Shown in pieces: positions 49,654 to 61,292 of a stretch of 64,000 nt of DNA. The position numbers and the translations under genes were made by a program. Each line of letters starts with the position of its first letter. Positions within the stretch are counted from its first letter, which is position 1. Source of the stretch: Puccinia triticina. Lineage: Eukaryota. The notes under the pieces are model-generated. The model saw nothing but the letters and a program-made list of their open reading frames with translations, searched no databases and was not told where the DNA came from. The DNA lies in NCBI GenBank assembly GCA_026914245.1, contig CP110439.1:5704001-5768000 (forward strand), in the 5' to 3' direction.

Positions 49654-51275
49654 CTGGTATGTGTATACCAGCTTGCCAAGAGGAACTCTCCTCTCGGCAA
49701 GCTGGTATATGTATACCAGCTCGCCAAGAGGGACTCTCCTCTTGGCAAGCTGTTATACGTATACCAGCTTGCTGAGAGGGACTCTCCTCCCGGCAAGCTG
49801 GTATGTGTAAGCAAGCTCAGCGAGAGGGAAACTCCTCCCAGCGAGCTGGTATTCCTCCCGGTGTGGAACTCCGACCGGTGCTGGGCCGTCGGCAGTTACT
49901 GGAAGGGAATGTTGCGCTGTGCGCTGCCTTCGCGGTGGTCCGGGGGAGATTCTAGGATTCGAGAGATAGCGGAATTTTTTTTGGGGGGGGGGGGGGATTT
50001 TGGTTTGAGACAACAAGAGGTAGATTCCCGTTGGCGGTGGTTTGTTTGTTGAGAATCTGGGGAAAAGCCGGCGAACTGGACCGGGGAACAGTGATCTTAA
50101 GGAGAGGAATCTGGAAGAGGATCCGCGTGGGGCTGAGAGGAGAAACTCAGAAGCTCCGCGAGTATATTGGTGAACAAGGATCAATAAACGTTTTAGATTC
50201 GAGTTGATGAGATGATCTAACAAAGAAATTTTTTTTGGTTCAGACAAAATCCCATGCCGCCCCATCGTCTGAGTTTGAACTGAACTCAGACTCCAGAGAC
50301 CGCGACATGCTGCGGACAAGTCATCATACACCCACGCGCACAAGCGCGCAACAACAAACAGGGGAAACAGAAAGGAAAAGAAAACAAAACACAGTAATAG
50401 GAAGCAGGAAAGAAAGAACCAACAGTGAAACAAAAAAAGAAAAAACAAAGAGGAAAGGAAAAAGACAGAAAAACTTAAGACGCGCAATGACAAGTAAGAA
50501 AGGAAACAGAAGCCAGAAACCAAACAAGGAAACAAAACCCACAGCAGATGCTGTGTTAGGACCAAGAAAGAGAAGAGGGGGGGAAAAGAAGGGGGAAGGA
50601 AGGAAAAAGACCTAGGAAAGGGAGAGTTAAAGAAATGAGCAGGGATGAAGTGCCCGAATCTTGAGGATCTTGACGCTTGGAAGAGGGGAAAATTCTTGAA
50701 GCTTGATGGTCTTGCCGCCGCTGCGTCTTGAATGGAAAAATGGTTGAAAACGGAATGAATCGCCGACACTACGAGATTGATCACCACACCGGTGAGCTGG
50801 TATTCCTCCCGGCGAGCTGGTATGTGTATACCAGGTTGGCAAGAGGGAAGTTCCTCCCGGCAAGCTGGTATGGGTATACCAGCTCGCAGAGAGGGACTCT
50901 CCTCTGGGCAAGCTGGTATATATTATACCAGCTTGGCAGAGGGAAACTCCTCCCGGCGAGCTGGTATGTGTATACCAGCTCGGCAGGAGGGAAGGTCCTC
51001 CCGGAGAGCTGGTATGGGTATACCAGCTTGCCAAGAGGGACTCTCCTACGGGCGAGCTGGTATATATTTATACCAGCTTGCCGAGAGGGACTCTCCTCTG
51101 GGTGAGCTGGTATATATTTATACCAGCTTGCCAAGAGGGACTCTACTCCGGGCGAGCTGGTATGTGGATACCAGCTCGCCGAGAGGGACTCTCCTCCCGG
51201 CAAGCTGGTATGGTGTTTACCAGCTAGCTGAGAGGGACTCTCCTCCTGGCGAGCTGGTATGGTGTCTAACTTAAC
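49654..51275. repeat. 48-bp double-palindrome array interrupted by LTR C copy 2
   Basis: Same unit as 42025-42285 at 49654-49857 and 50794-51265; a further unit at ~51865-51915. Confidence 0.88.
49862..50788 (-). mobile_element. Solo LTR family C, copy 2
   Basis: TGTGGAAC...CACCACA with a perfect 4-bp TSD CCGG. Confidence 0.85.
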
Positions 51276-52528
51276 AAAGTTCCTCTATTTGAGGGGGAAC
51301 GCTGTCCCGCAGGGACCCTCTGAAGAATGGACTTACACCCAATGTCCAAGTTTGGGCTGACAGAATCAGAATCACGTTGTTTTTCAAACGTTTCTGGCTT
51401 CACCCTTTCCCATTGGGCAGCAAAGGTTTGGGGGAACAAAAGATTCCCAAGATCAAGGAGAATCTCTTCAAATTTTTCTGAATTTTTTGGGGCCTTCAGA
51501 GCCCCTCAGATCTATTTGTTGTGACTATCTGTGGTCTGCTTCATCCTATATTACAAGTTTCACACTTTACAGAATCCAAAACTCATGATGTTACAAGGGA
51601 CATTGCACATCAAGAAGACAGTTTGGGGATAGGTGGGTATAGTACATGGATAAAGAAGACTTTGGTCATCATGGAAATCCAAACAATAATGAAATTGGAC
51701 AGTAAATGGATGGGTGAGAGCAGTTTTAAAAAAGTCCCCACCAAAAAACCAAATGCTGTCAGCCTGTAAGTCCGTTTAGCGCGTAAGTCCCTCCCTCCGG
51801 TCGGCGCAATGCGACCAGTGTTTTACCACTCCACCTGTAGGAGGGGGGTACTGAGTTAAGTTAGGTATTGTGTATACCAGCTTGCCAAGGGGGAAGTTTC
51901 TCCCAGCGAGCTGGCGGGGCAACAGTTTGGAAGGCACTGCCCCCAATGAGGGTCCAGCCTCAAATACGCCTCCAAAGCGTTTTGTAGACAACTTGAGCAG
52001 GTGATGACATTGATCCTCTTGCCAAATCAAATGGGGCGCGGTGGCATACCCTGTTGATTGAAGGTCCAAAACGCGAGGCGCTCAACACCGCGTACAGGAA
52101 CTGGTTTGAGGTTACTTGTATTCCAAATCGACTTCACGCCTGAAACCAATCCCTTGGTGCAGGCGCCTGGGGAAGAACTTATATATCAGGCTCCCTGAAT
52201 TCCTTTTCCCCGGCGGCGGCTCCAGCTCCACTGTTGCATTTGCGCAGTTTGAGCAGACCCCGTCCTGTACTCCTCCACCTTTGCACTTGCAATAGGCCCG
52301 AGGGGAACAATTTTTTTTTACTGCCCTGTTGCATTTGCACAGTTTTTTAACCCCCCCTGCGTCAATTACAATTGTTTTTGACCTGAGGCAGACATTTTCT
52401 GCAATTTTGCGCTTAGCATTTTTTTGCCCCCCTCCTGCCCTTGGGTGTGTTGGAATATATGCTTCAAGCCCCATTTGAGTGGCCAAGCTATATGATCTAA
52501 TATCCAAAAACCACAAGTAAGACCAACT

Positions 52529-52603
52529 GTGTGTTTAGCTCAGTGGTATAAGAGCAGCTCTCATGAATGTAGAAGGTCGTGTGTTCAAATCCCACAACAC
52601 ACA
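52529..52603 (+). tRNA. tRNA-like sequence or tRNA pseudogene
   Basis: Acceptor stem GTGTGTT/AACACAC, D-stem GCTC/GAGC, A-box TAGCTCAGTGG, B-box GTTCAAATCC and a downstream T-run. The anticodon stem does not pair, so no amino-acid identity is assigned. Confidence 0.6.
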
Positions 52604-52699
52604 ATTCTTTTCACATGAGTAATTTCAACAACTTTGAACACACAAGTACTGCATTTCTTGTTCAGACAATGCAAAAGCCTTATATCATGTTCCTCTAAA

Positions 52700-53852
52700 G
52701 TCAAGTCCAAGCATACAACTAGATCTCTTGACTTTCTTCTTACCCGCTGCCACGCTGTTGCTAGGAAAATCCACCTCTGAGTTGTCACTATTCAAGGCTG
52801 GGGCTGTAATGGTGGGCAAGCTGGATGGGTTTGACAAATCAGTGTGTCCTCCAGCAGAGGATGAGCCTGATGCAGCTAGTTCTGGAGCATTAGCATTTGG
52901 GCCCCTCAGATTCTATTGTAAAGCAATATCAGACATTCAAATGTTGTCAAACTGTTGTGTTCTTCTGTGTATTTAAATGTCAAACTCACAGTTGACGTTT
53001 GCAATTGGGACTGGTGTTTGGAGTGGCAGAGTTGCTGCGCGCCACCAATACCTACGGGAGATAAGTATACCACCTGATTATAGCCTTAGCAAGCGGACCA
53101 CCTCAATGCAATTGTCTTCTTACCTCAATTACGGCCATATTCTTGGCCGTGTCCCATCCCACTAAATAACCATAAAAAAAGAACTCCTTGCCCTCCTTGA
53201 ACATCCGTTGCGTTTTCATAAATTGAGTATTTGAGACAACTCAATATTTTGTGTTAAAAGGCTTCACTACTCAATTATACGGAGTACAAGAAGCACTGTT
53301 GGCACAAAGAGGTTGAAACAAAAGTAGAAAAGACTCAAAAACAGGGTCCCAGTCACTGTGTGACACTACAACACACAGGCAATCCCCATCTTTTGGATTG
53401 TCTGCCTTGGTTTCTTTCTTGAATTACACCACCATTCCTACTCCAGTGAAGGTTGCATCATCAACAGTAGGCCCTTGAAGGAAGTTGATTGACAGAGCTT
53501 GACTGCTTGCTTGGGCAGATAGTTCAAAACCGGTGTGGTACTACTGTCGTTAAGCAAAATGACCTTCCCTGTAATTTTGTAGACATATCCTTTTGAAAAG
53601 ACATTGTCTTGGTAGCTATTGGTGTTAAGGGACAGCTCATAATCTAGTAGTGCAGACTTGGTGCAGGTGAAGAAGCTAGCAGTTGAAATCAGACCGTATT
53701 GCAGGCCCTCCAGTATATGCAAACAAGACTAAACAGGGTTCAATAATAGCTTTTGCAGAGGGCAGTATGAAGGAACTCACATCTTCTTTGTTCTCAAACA
53801 GACACTTAAAAGTGAGAGGCCTATTCCCGGTCACAGATGGAGGACCAGACAT
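52700..53852 (-). pseudogene. Diverged homologue of Helitron accessory gene Y
   Basis: Exons read MSGPPSV..CLFENKED|gt, ..GYVYKITGKVI..TPVLNY, TFTGVGMVV..VVVSHSDWDP and FKEGKEF..GYLVGWDTAKNMAVIE|gtaag. These align to gene Y (VYIVSGKMI..TPVFHF, VVGFGIVI..LQHSDYDP, FQLGRKVLLSGNICGYDKDKFMWTIN|gtaag). The 3' end is approximate. Confidence 0.75.
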
Positions 53853-55709
53853 TGATGATGAAGAAGAGTAGCTACTAATGTTACCTGACAAGTGCTGGTA
53901 GTTGCAATCAAATAATTGTGACAGGTTCAAAACAAAGTGTCTGTCTCTTATGCGCCAAAGCTGCTCAAAGGAGGTAGCCACAAACACATGGGTTAGGTAC
54001 GAAGTCCCTTCTCATATTCCAAATCCACTACTATTGTCTACCTACCCTCTTAGTGAAACTGGCCCCTGCGGTTGTAAAGAAAACAAGATCAAATGCAGTC
54101 AACCTTATAGTCTACTGACCCTATTCATTAAAATGGCCCCTGCAGTTAGGAAGAGCACACAGGCAAATGCATTCAACATACTGATGTATGGTGATGCACA
54201 ATATTTCTGGTCATGTGTCAACAAATGACAGCCACAGGCTCTAGCTATTCCAAATAATTGTGACACACCAGGTGGTGTAGCAAGTGGCATCACCATCATC
54301 ATACCAGTTGTAGCAGCAGGGTAGATGCAAGGGAAATCAATATTATCTATGTCAAATTGTCAACTTTAGAGAATGGACAGGGCCAGGGGTATTAATGGGA
54401 ATTCAACCCTGGAACCCTTGTTGTTGATCCAGCAATAGATTCTCCGTAATATTGTGGAAGGTATCCTGGAGGCACAAGCCATGATCATACATCAGACACC
54501 ACATGAGCAGCAGGCAACAACAGGCTCTAAATTTTATGCATACACCAAATCCTCTTCATGAATCAGAATACAGTCAACTGCAAAAACATAGAAAACTCCA
54601 GAAGCTTCGTACAGTTGTGCGCAGCATTCTAGTGTACAGAGCTGCCCGCAAAACTTTCTGGGCTACGCGGGGGAAAACTCTGACTGGGTTGGGGGCCAGA
54701 ACTCTAAAAGACATTTTTGGAGTCTACAGAGTGTGTAGATTCCAAATCTAAAGTAGCAACCAATTTGATCCAGCCAGTTTTTTTTTTTTTTTTCACAGCC
54801 CATATTTTGGGACCGACCTCCAAATATGGGCATAAGTACATATGTATGGGGTCCTAAACCCATACTTATGCCTCCTGGTTGGGCAATAAACCCACACATG
54901 AAGGCAGAAACTGTCATGCAGTATTTTCAGGAGTGCCTGGTGGGTCTAAAACCATAGCTGGGACACCATACCATGTCCCAGCCACCCAAAATATGCAAAA
55001 AAACTGTATTTCTTCCAGGTTTTGGACGCCAAAATTTGGGACCGGCCCAAAACCTTGTGCAGTGGAATGCCATGCACAACTGTACATAGCCCAAATGCAC
55101 CTTGATGTAGATCAATCAACATGACAAGAAAAGATGGCAGGCTTCAAGCCGTTTTTTTACTCCAAATGACATCAACAACCCCAGGGATAAGGGTAAAGCT
55201 GCCAGACAATATCATTGCTACATATCCTATTTTGAAAGCACCTCATTCAATGAGGAACATCTGCTTAACCTTTCATATCCCACTTTCTTAAATTCACAGA
55301 ATTCTAGACCTGCAGATCTAAGTTTTGGGGTGTTTTTTTCTCACAAAATGGGGCAAAAATGCCCCATTCTTCTCACTAGGCACATTGAATATCCCCAAAG
55401 GCCCAAAGGCCCTATGGATGACCCTCCAGCTGTGCCAGAGCAACAAGCAAAAGAGGGCCGGTTGGTAAACTAGCCATGGAGGGCCTAACCAAGCATTTAG
55501 GGGGCTCCCAGGGAGGGGGCGGACGAAGCCGAATCCCCTGCGGATCAATGAATCCCAAATCCCCTTCCTTATATATGTATTTACCCACAGGCACCATCTA
55601 ACCGCACCGCCCGCTTACCCAGACCACGGCCACGCCACCCTCCTCCTATCGTAACTGCCCCGGTGGCGCCCCTAACCTTGATGCACCAGCGGTTGTCGCC
55701 ACGGGGCAC

Positions 55710-56635
55710 AATGACTGGCCTGAGTCAGGCCAGTCATCGCAGCACTACACATGCGAATGACCGGTCTGAAGGGCCTTGGTATCCATCCCTAAGACCGGTC
55801 ATCGCAGCTCATTGAGTGGACTGAGACCCAATTACTGGCACAAGCCAGTCATTGAGTGGGTACACAACCCTACCTGCCAGCACACACCGGCCATAGAGAG
55901 GGTACACAACCCTCTCGATGACCGGCACACGCCAGTCATCGAGTGGACTGAGACCCGATGACTGGCACAAGCCAGTCATCGAGTGGGTCTCAATACACTC
56001 GATGACCAGCACACGCCGGTTATCGAGTGGGTACACAACCCTCTCAATGCCGGCACACACCAGTCATTGAGTGGGTACACAACCCACTCGATGGCCGGCA
56101 CACGTCAGTCATTGAGTAGAATGTGACCCGATGACTGGCACAAGCCAGTCATCGAGTATGTACACAACCCTCTTGATATCGGCACACACCGGCCATCAAG
56201 AGGGTAAACAACCCACTCGATGACCGGCACACGCCAGTCATTGAGTGGACTGAGACCCAATGACTGGCACAATGTGTACCCAGCAATGACCGGCATCGGT
56301 CTTCCAGCCATCCCTCAGGCCAGTCATTGCAGCACTACACATGCGAATGACCGGTCTGAGGGGCCTCGGTCTTCCATCCATCCCTAAGACCAGTCATTGC
56401 AGCGCTATACATGCGGATGACCGGCCTTCCTCAGGCCGGTTATTGCAAGACTACACGTGCGGATGATCCGCCTTGGTCGTCCCTCAATCCCTCAGGCCGG
56501 TCATCCGCACGTGTAGTGCTGTGATGAACGGCCTGCGGAAGGCTGGTCATCCGCATGTATAGCGCTGCGATGACCGGTCTTAGGGATGGATGGAAGACCG
56601 AGGCCCCTCAGACCGGTCTTTCGCATGTGTAGTCG
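55710..56635. repeat. Palindromic ~40-45-bp repeat array with a terminal ~140-bp foldback
   Basis: Units cgatgac(c/t)ggcaca..ccagtcatcg-agtgg. Segment 56335-56465 is approximately the reverse complement of 56500-56632. Confidence 0.8.
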
Positions 56636-57287
56636 CACCCTGAGCTGGCTGAGCTATGCACAGATGAGCGCTGAGTTCATAATTTGTTTCCAAATTCTGT
56701 GGTATTGATACATCTGATCATAAATACATGAATTTCTTCTTGGCTTTTTATAATTTTGCACTGTTTATTGTGTAGAAAGATCTACTATTTTAAACTTGGA
56801 TAACTTCCAAATATTATACTATTAGAAATTAAGCAGCATTTTTATTGACAACATTCCAATAACAAGTATGGAATAAAATTCTGGGTGAGGTAAGTTTTTA
56901 AAATCTAACTACCATATGAGGAGTGTTTTGATGTGGCTGCTATTCCATGAGATGTGATTAAGACAGCTTGGATAGCAAAGGGGGTCAAACATTCCAAATT
57001 GGGGAGGTGAAATGCTTGCTTGTTTCCTCTGTTGCTGTAAGGCCAAGTTTGAAAATCTCAAGAACCATGATTTAAATGAATGCATTCAAGTCTCCTGAAT
57101 TGTGACACACCCAGTCCCTGCTTGCCCTGCTTCAGGAAGAATTTCTGTTGCTTTCTGCTGGGATAGGCCAGTGGGGGGGGGGGGGGGGGGGAGGAATATC
57201 AGTGGATGGTGACCCAAATATTGAAGGGCTAATGAGGTGAATTGGGGAGCTTTTTGGCAGGAAAGGAGGATGGATTGGTGCCCTGCA

Positions 57288-57312
57288 GCGGCGGAGCCGC
57301 ATTGGCCCCTAG
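57288..57312 (+). mobile_element. Helitron 3' terminus (5' end not located)
   Basis: GCGGC-GGA-GCCGC followed by attggccc and CTAG|T. Confidence 0.8.
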
Positions 57313-57369
57313 TACATTTGAACAAAACAGGTAAGTGGCACATAAAATTGAGCAAACTCGCATAAAACA

Positions 57370-58950
57370 ACTTTGATTTTGATCACATTCTCCTCACGTG
57401 CTATCATATGCCCAATAATCCACGCGCATTGTCCAGCAGCCATTTCCCGTAACAGATTCTTCACACTTTTCTTGTATGAAGACACGTCATACATGCAGGA
57501 CTTGAGAAACAGTTTCAGAGCCGCAGCTGAATTGTTTATCAATTGAATATACGCTCACTTCATCTTTATTAGGATCTTGAGCCATGAAGACATTGTCAGT
57601 TTTGTCAATTGTGTCACTTCTCAGGACGCCTTCTGTCAGCCTTAGAGATACAACAAGTATCCTAAAGTCTGCAAGAACTTGTAAACCATTTTACAAATCC
57701 TGAAATATTATTGAATATTCAGAATCCTTGTGGTAAATTAAGGGGGGTCACCCACTCAAAGTAACCCCTCATTCCTACTCCTTCATACATTTTGTCACAT
57801 ATGTACATATAGCCACAAAGCACTCCAAAAAGCAGGAAAACTACATAAACAAGTATTACATAAATTAAAATACATAATTTATATTAGTTATTAAAATTTG
57901 TTTCCCCCGTGAAACAAGAGCAGCGGGTGAGATTTACACATAGTACAAATTGATATTACACTTCATATTAAGCTATTTCACGTGACAATTGGTTATAAAA
58001 ATGTCATGTGTAGGAGTAAGGGAGGTTGTGTAATATTGTACAATGAAAATACCCATAACCAAGGCAGGTTACATGTCTACTCTTGGCATTTACCCATAAC
58101 CAAAACTGGTGGGACCTTTTTCAGCACTTTCACTGACCTCTCCAGTATTTAAAGAAGTTATGGGGCCACTGGAATTTTCCCCATAGACATTTCACCACCC
58201 ATTAACCTGTAAGTTAACTCGTGAAAATTCTCCTCTGGCTTATTAAAGCCAACAATCCTTTTATTTCTGCCCTCTTGGCACAAAAATCACTAGATCTTAA
58301 CTCTAAAATTGCCAATATCCCTTATAAGCATTTGTTACAGTTATATCTTTATAAATAGTTGCTGTAAGACCTCCACCTCTGACGCGCAGCCAATCAGTTT
58401 AAGCGCTTACCAGCTATTTCTACGTCAAAAACCTTATATATCCCTGTTCTTAATAAGTAAACCTTATTAATTAAAAATATCTTCCTCTTAAATAAGAGTG
58501 TTTCAAACCTTGTAGTGGCTAAATACCACGTAACAATTTTGGCACATTATTTCCAGTGTTTTATTTCAGTACAGTTATAGTACTAGGGCAAAGACCCTTA
58601 TTTCTGACGGGTTTTTACCCTAAGTTTCATAAACAGAGCTGTCACCTTCAAGTTGAATGTAGTCAAGGTGCTGGCTTTTTGCAGGGATAGTGTGGTGAAA
58701 ACTTGGGGCGTGGGCCATCACACTGATTTTTGATGACCTTGACAATGCTAATGTAAGACCTTCAAAGACAAGCCACAAGGCAGGGTCTGGTCCAGAATCC
58801 ATGGGGGCTGGGGTGAATATGTCAAAGAAAATATTATACTGGGGCTGAACTTCACCCCCACAGATTGTTCAAGCAATGTTGGAGTGGATTTTGAACATAT
58901 TGTTTTTTCCAAGCGTTGGACGGTCCGCGACATAGGGGATGGAAAAGACA
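57370..58950 (-). pseudogene. Diverged homologue of Helitron accessory gene X, split by a solo LTR
   Basis: FDIFTPAPMDSGPDPALWLVFEGLTLALSRSSKISVMAHAPSFHHTIP..QLEG versus gene X FNIFTSAPRGTAPNSASWLVFEGKATAVHNTTKIRIHCYASLYHFDIP..QLIG. Resumes left of the LTR (..AQDPNKDE|gt versus ..ALDPEAEN|gt). Confidence 0.75.
57634..58644 (+). mobile_element. Solo LTR, diverged family A
   Basis: TGTCAGCCTTAGAGATAC...GAGCTGTCA with a perfect TSD CCTTC. Confidence 0.93.
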
Positions 58951-59059
58951 ATTAGATTAGTGAAAGGCATTGTTGATGTTCACAAACAACAAGGGGACAG
59001 CCCTCATGGCACCTATTCCTGGGGATAGGCGAGTCTAGAGCTCTACTATCCTTTGGGTG

Positions 59060-59799
59060 TGTCAACCCTCTGTTAGTTTGGACAGCACAGAAGGTTGCCA
59101 TGGACCGCCCCTTACGCGGCTAGAACAACTTCCGCCGCCGTAATGAGGCGCGGCAATGGACTTGGCAAAGCACTGACCTAGTGATGCTGGCAAGTCGTGG
59201 TGTTGAGTATCACAATGTGCAGTGTAGATTACTATGCCCGCTTAACAGCGGGCTGGAAGTTAGGAGAAGAAAGGATTCCGCGTGCGGAGATCCTTTCTCC
59301 CTTTATATGGTAGGGGAGGCTCTTGTCAAGAAAACTTCCCCCAGAGTTTTTTGGTACCAAGCCCGCTTACATTGTTGAGACATCAACGATTGGGGCCTTT
59401 ACCTCTAGAACTCCCATCTTTTCATTTACTCAACTTCCTTGATTCACAACCCCTCGACCTTTCCTCCATCTCCACCAACCTTCACGCGCGACTCCCCTTG
59501 GCCTTTGACTTACCCCCCAGATACTAGTAAGTCTCCGACCAGGTAAGTTTGAGAGGCTCTCCTCCTTTCTACTCTCTCCTTTTCCGGCCGTCTGGATCTT
59601 CTAGATCCCAGCAAGAATCCCTTTCCGCTAGGCCCCTCTTGCACAAGAGGTGTGGCTCCTCCTCCCGCCTAGATGGTTGAGTAGAGATAGACTACGGTCT
59701 ACGTGTTTTAGTTGTTTTCCGCCTCGCCAGCCCTGTCCTCATTGATACTCAGTATCAAGTTCATTCAGGGTAACACCACCATAGAGACATACCCTGACA
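59060..59799. mobile_element. Solo LTR (family D)
   Basis: TGTCA...TGACA termini flanked by a 5-bp TSD GGGTG. Confidence 0.75.
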
Positions 59800-59940
59800 G
59801 GGTGGATCAAGGAAAGGAGAGTTCCACCCATTTCTGATGGATAAAAAGCTGATTTTTATAGGCAAGTGAATGCTTTGGGTGGAGGCAGGAGGAAGATTTC
59901 CATACATTTTGGCATGATAGGTAGTGTTGAAGGTGTACGG

Positions 59941-60702
59941 TGTGGTGCACCATTTGGTACACGCAGGGACAACACTCATTTTGTGGCGCGGCGCGCGGAA
60001 GGACGTCAAGATCAAATCCTCAAGGCATCAAGATCTTTGGTGGCGTGGCGGGCATCTCCCTCAAGACGTCTCAGGAGCTTTCCAATCTTTTATTTATTTT
60101 TTTTTCCTTTTTTTCTCACATGGTTTTTTGTTTCTTAAAACTTTGATTTCTTTCCCTTTCTTTACTGCACACGTTGGATGGTTACAGTGGGGAGGGTTTG
60201 GCTTTATTTCTTCTGTTTGTTGTTTTTTTTTGTCTGGTTGTGTTGTGTGTGTTGTAGCATGTGCATGTGCGGGGCGTGATGACGGGTCCGCAGTGCGCGG
60301 CGCCTCTCTGAGTCTGAGTTCAACCCCAAACTCAGAGGAGGAGAGGCATGAAACCTTCCTGATCCCAAATTAAACATTCATCAATTTTTGAGATCTTGTC
60401 AATCCTGATCCCGGCGCCCTCCATAGCGCCGCTGGAGCTTATTGATCCCCTCCCTTCCTCAATATTCCTTCTGAGTTTTCACTCAACCCTTCTCCTTTTT
60501 GATCACTTGACCGGCAGTATCCCGGCCGCTTTCTTTCTCCTCAACCGCCAACGCGCCTTCACAGTCGTCGTAAAATCACAACCCCCCATTCTGCTTTTTG
60601 ATCTTCATCCGCTCTACCCAACCAACTCCCGGAGGGCTATTTCCTCAATTCACTCATCCCTCCAACTAACTGCCACCTGCCTGCACCGGACAGAGTTCCA
60701 CA
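59941..60702 (+). mobile_element. Solo LTR family C, copy 3
   Basis: TGTGGTG...GTTCCACA with a perfect 4-bp TSD ACGG; inverted relative to copies 1 and 2. Confidence 0.82.
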
Positions 60703-61292
60703 ACGGTAAAGGCAATGGTTTGTGTAAAGTGGCTAAAGGCAAGTGATGCCAGCCGTAACACATTGACATTCCGGTATAGGCAATGCTTTTGTGTAAAGCA
60801 ACTACAAGCAAACAAGGGCAAAAGTCAACAGCAGCAGGCCTGACATTCACGATACACCCAATTCCAACACAATTGCACTGTGTACAAAAAAAGAATGAGT
60901 GGAGGTGTAGGCTCAAGCAAGAACAAAGAGTTGCCCGTGATATAAAAGAAGGTGATGTCAAGGCCCCAAAGCAATTACCGCCAAGGATCTAGTGAGGACT
61001 AAATGTCTCTCATGCAGTTGTCTTGCGCTGGAACACCCCACGGGTTTTTCTTGTTAGTGGGTGACAGTTTGTCGGTTAAGGGTTGAAGAGAGAATGTGGT
61101 TGATTTGACAAATCTTCCTCTATGCATTGTGGAAAATTTGATTCAGAGTTTACTGGCAGAAAAATGAAGCTTACAGACTGGCCATGAAGCTATAAATACT
61201 CCTGAACAGACTATGTTTGAAATCAGAGATTGATTTGAAAAAAATTAAATGATGGGTAGGTATATGAGAGAATTAAAACTCTGAGTGTATCA

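Noticed and set aside
49753..50787. 344-aa hydrophobic ORF resembling a membrane protein
   Set aside because: It is the translation of the U-rich tract of LTR C and is not conserved as a frame in the other two copies.
49654..51275. CRISPR-like array of palindromic repeats
   Set aside because: The intervening sequences are homologous to each other rather than unique spacers, there are no cas genes, and the context is eukaryotic TE DNA.
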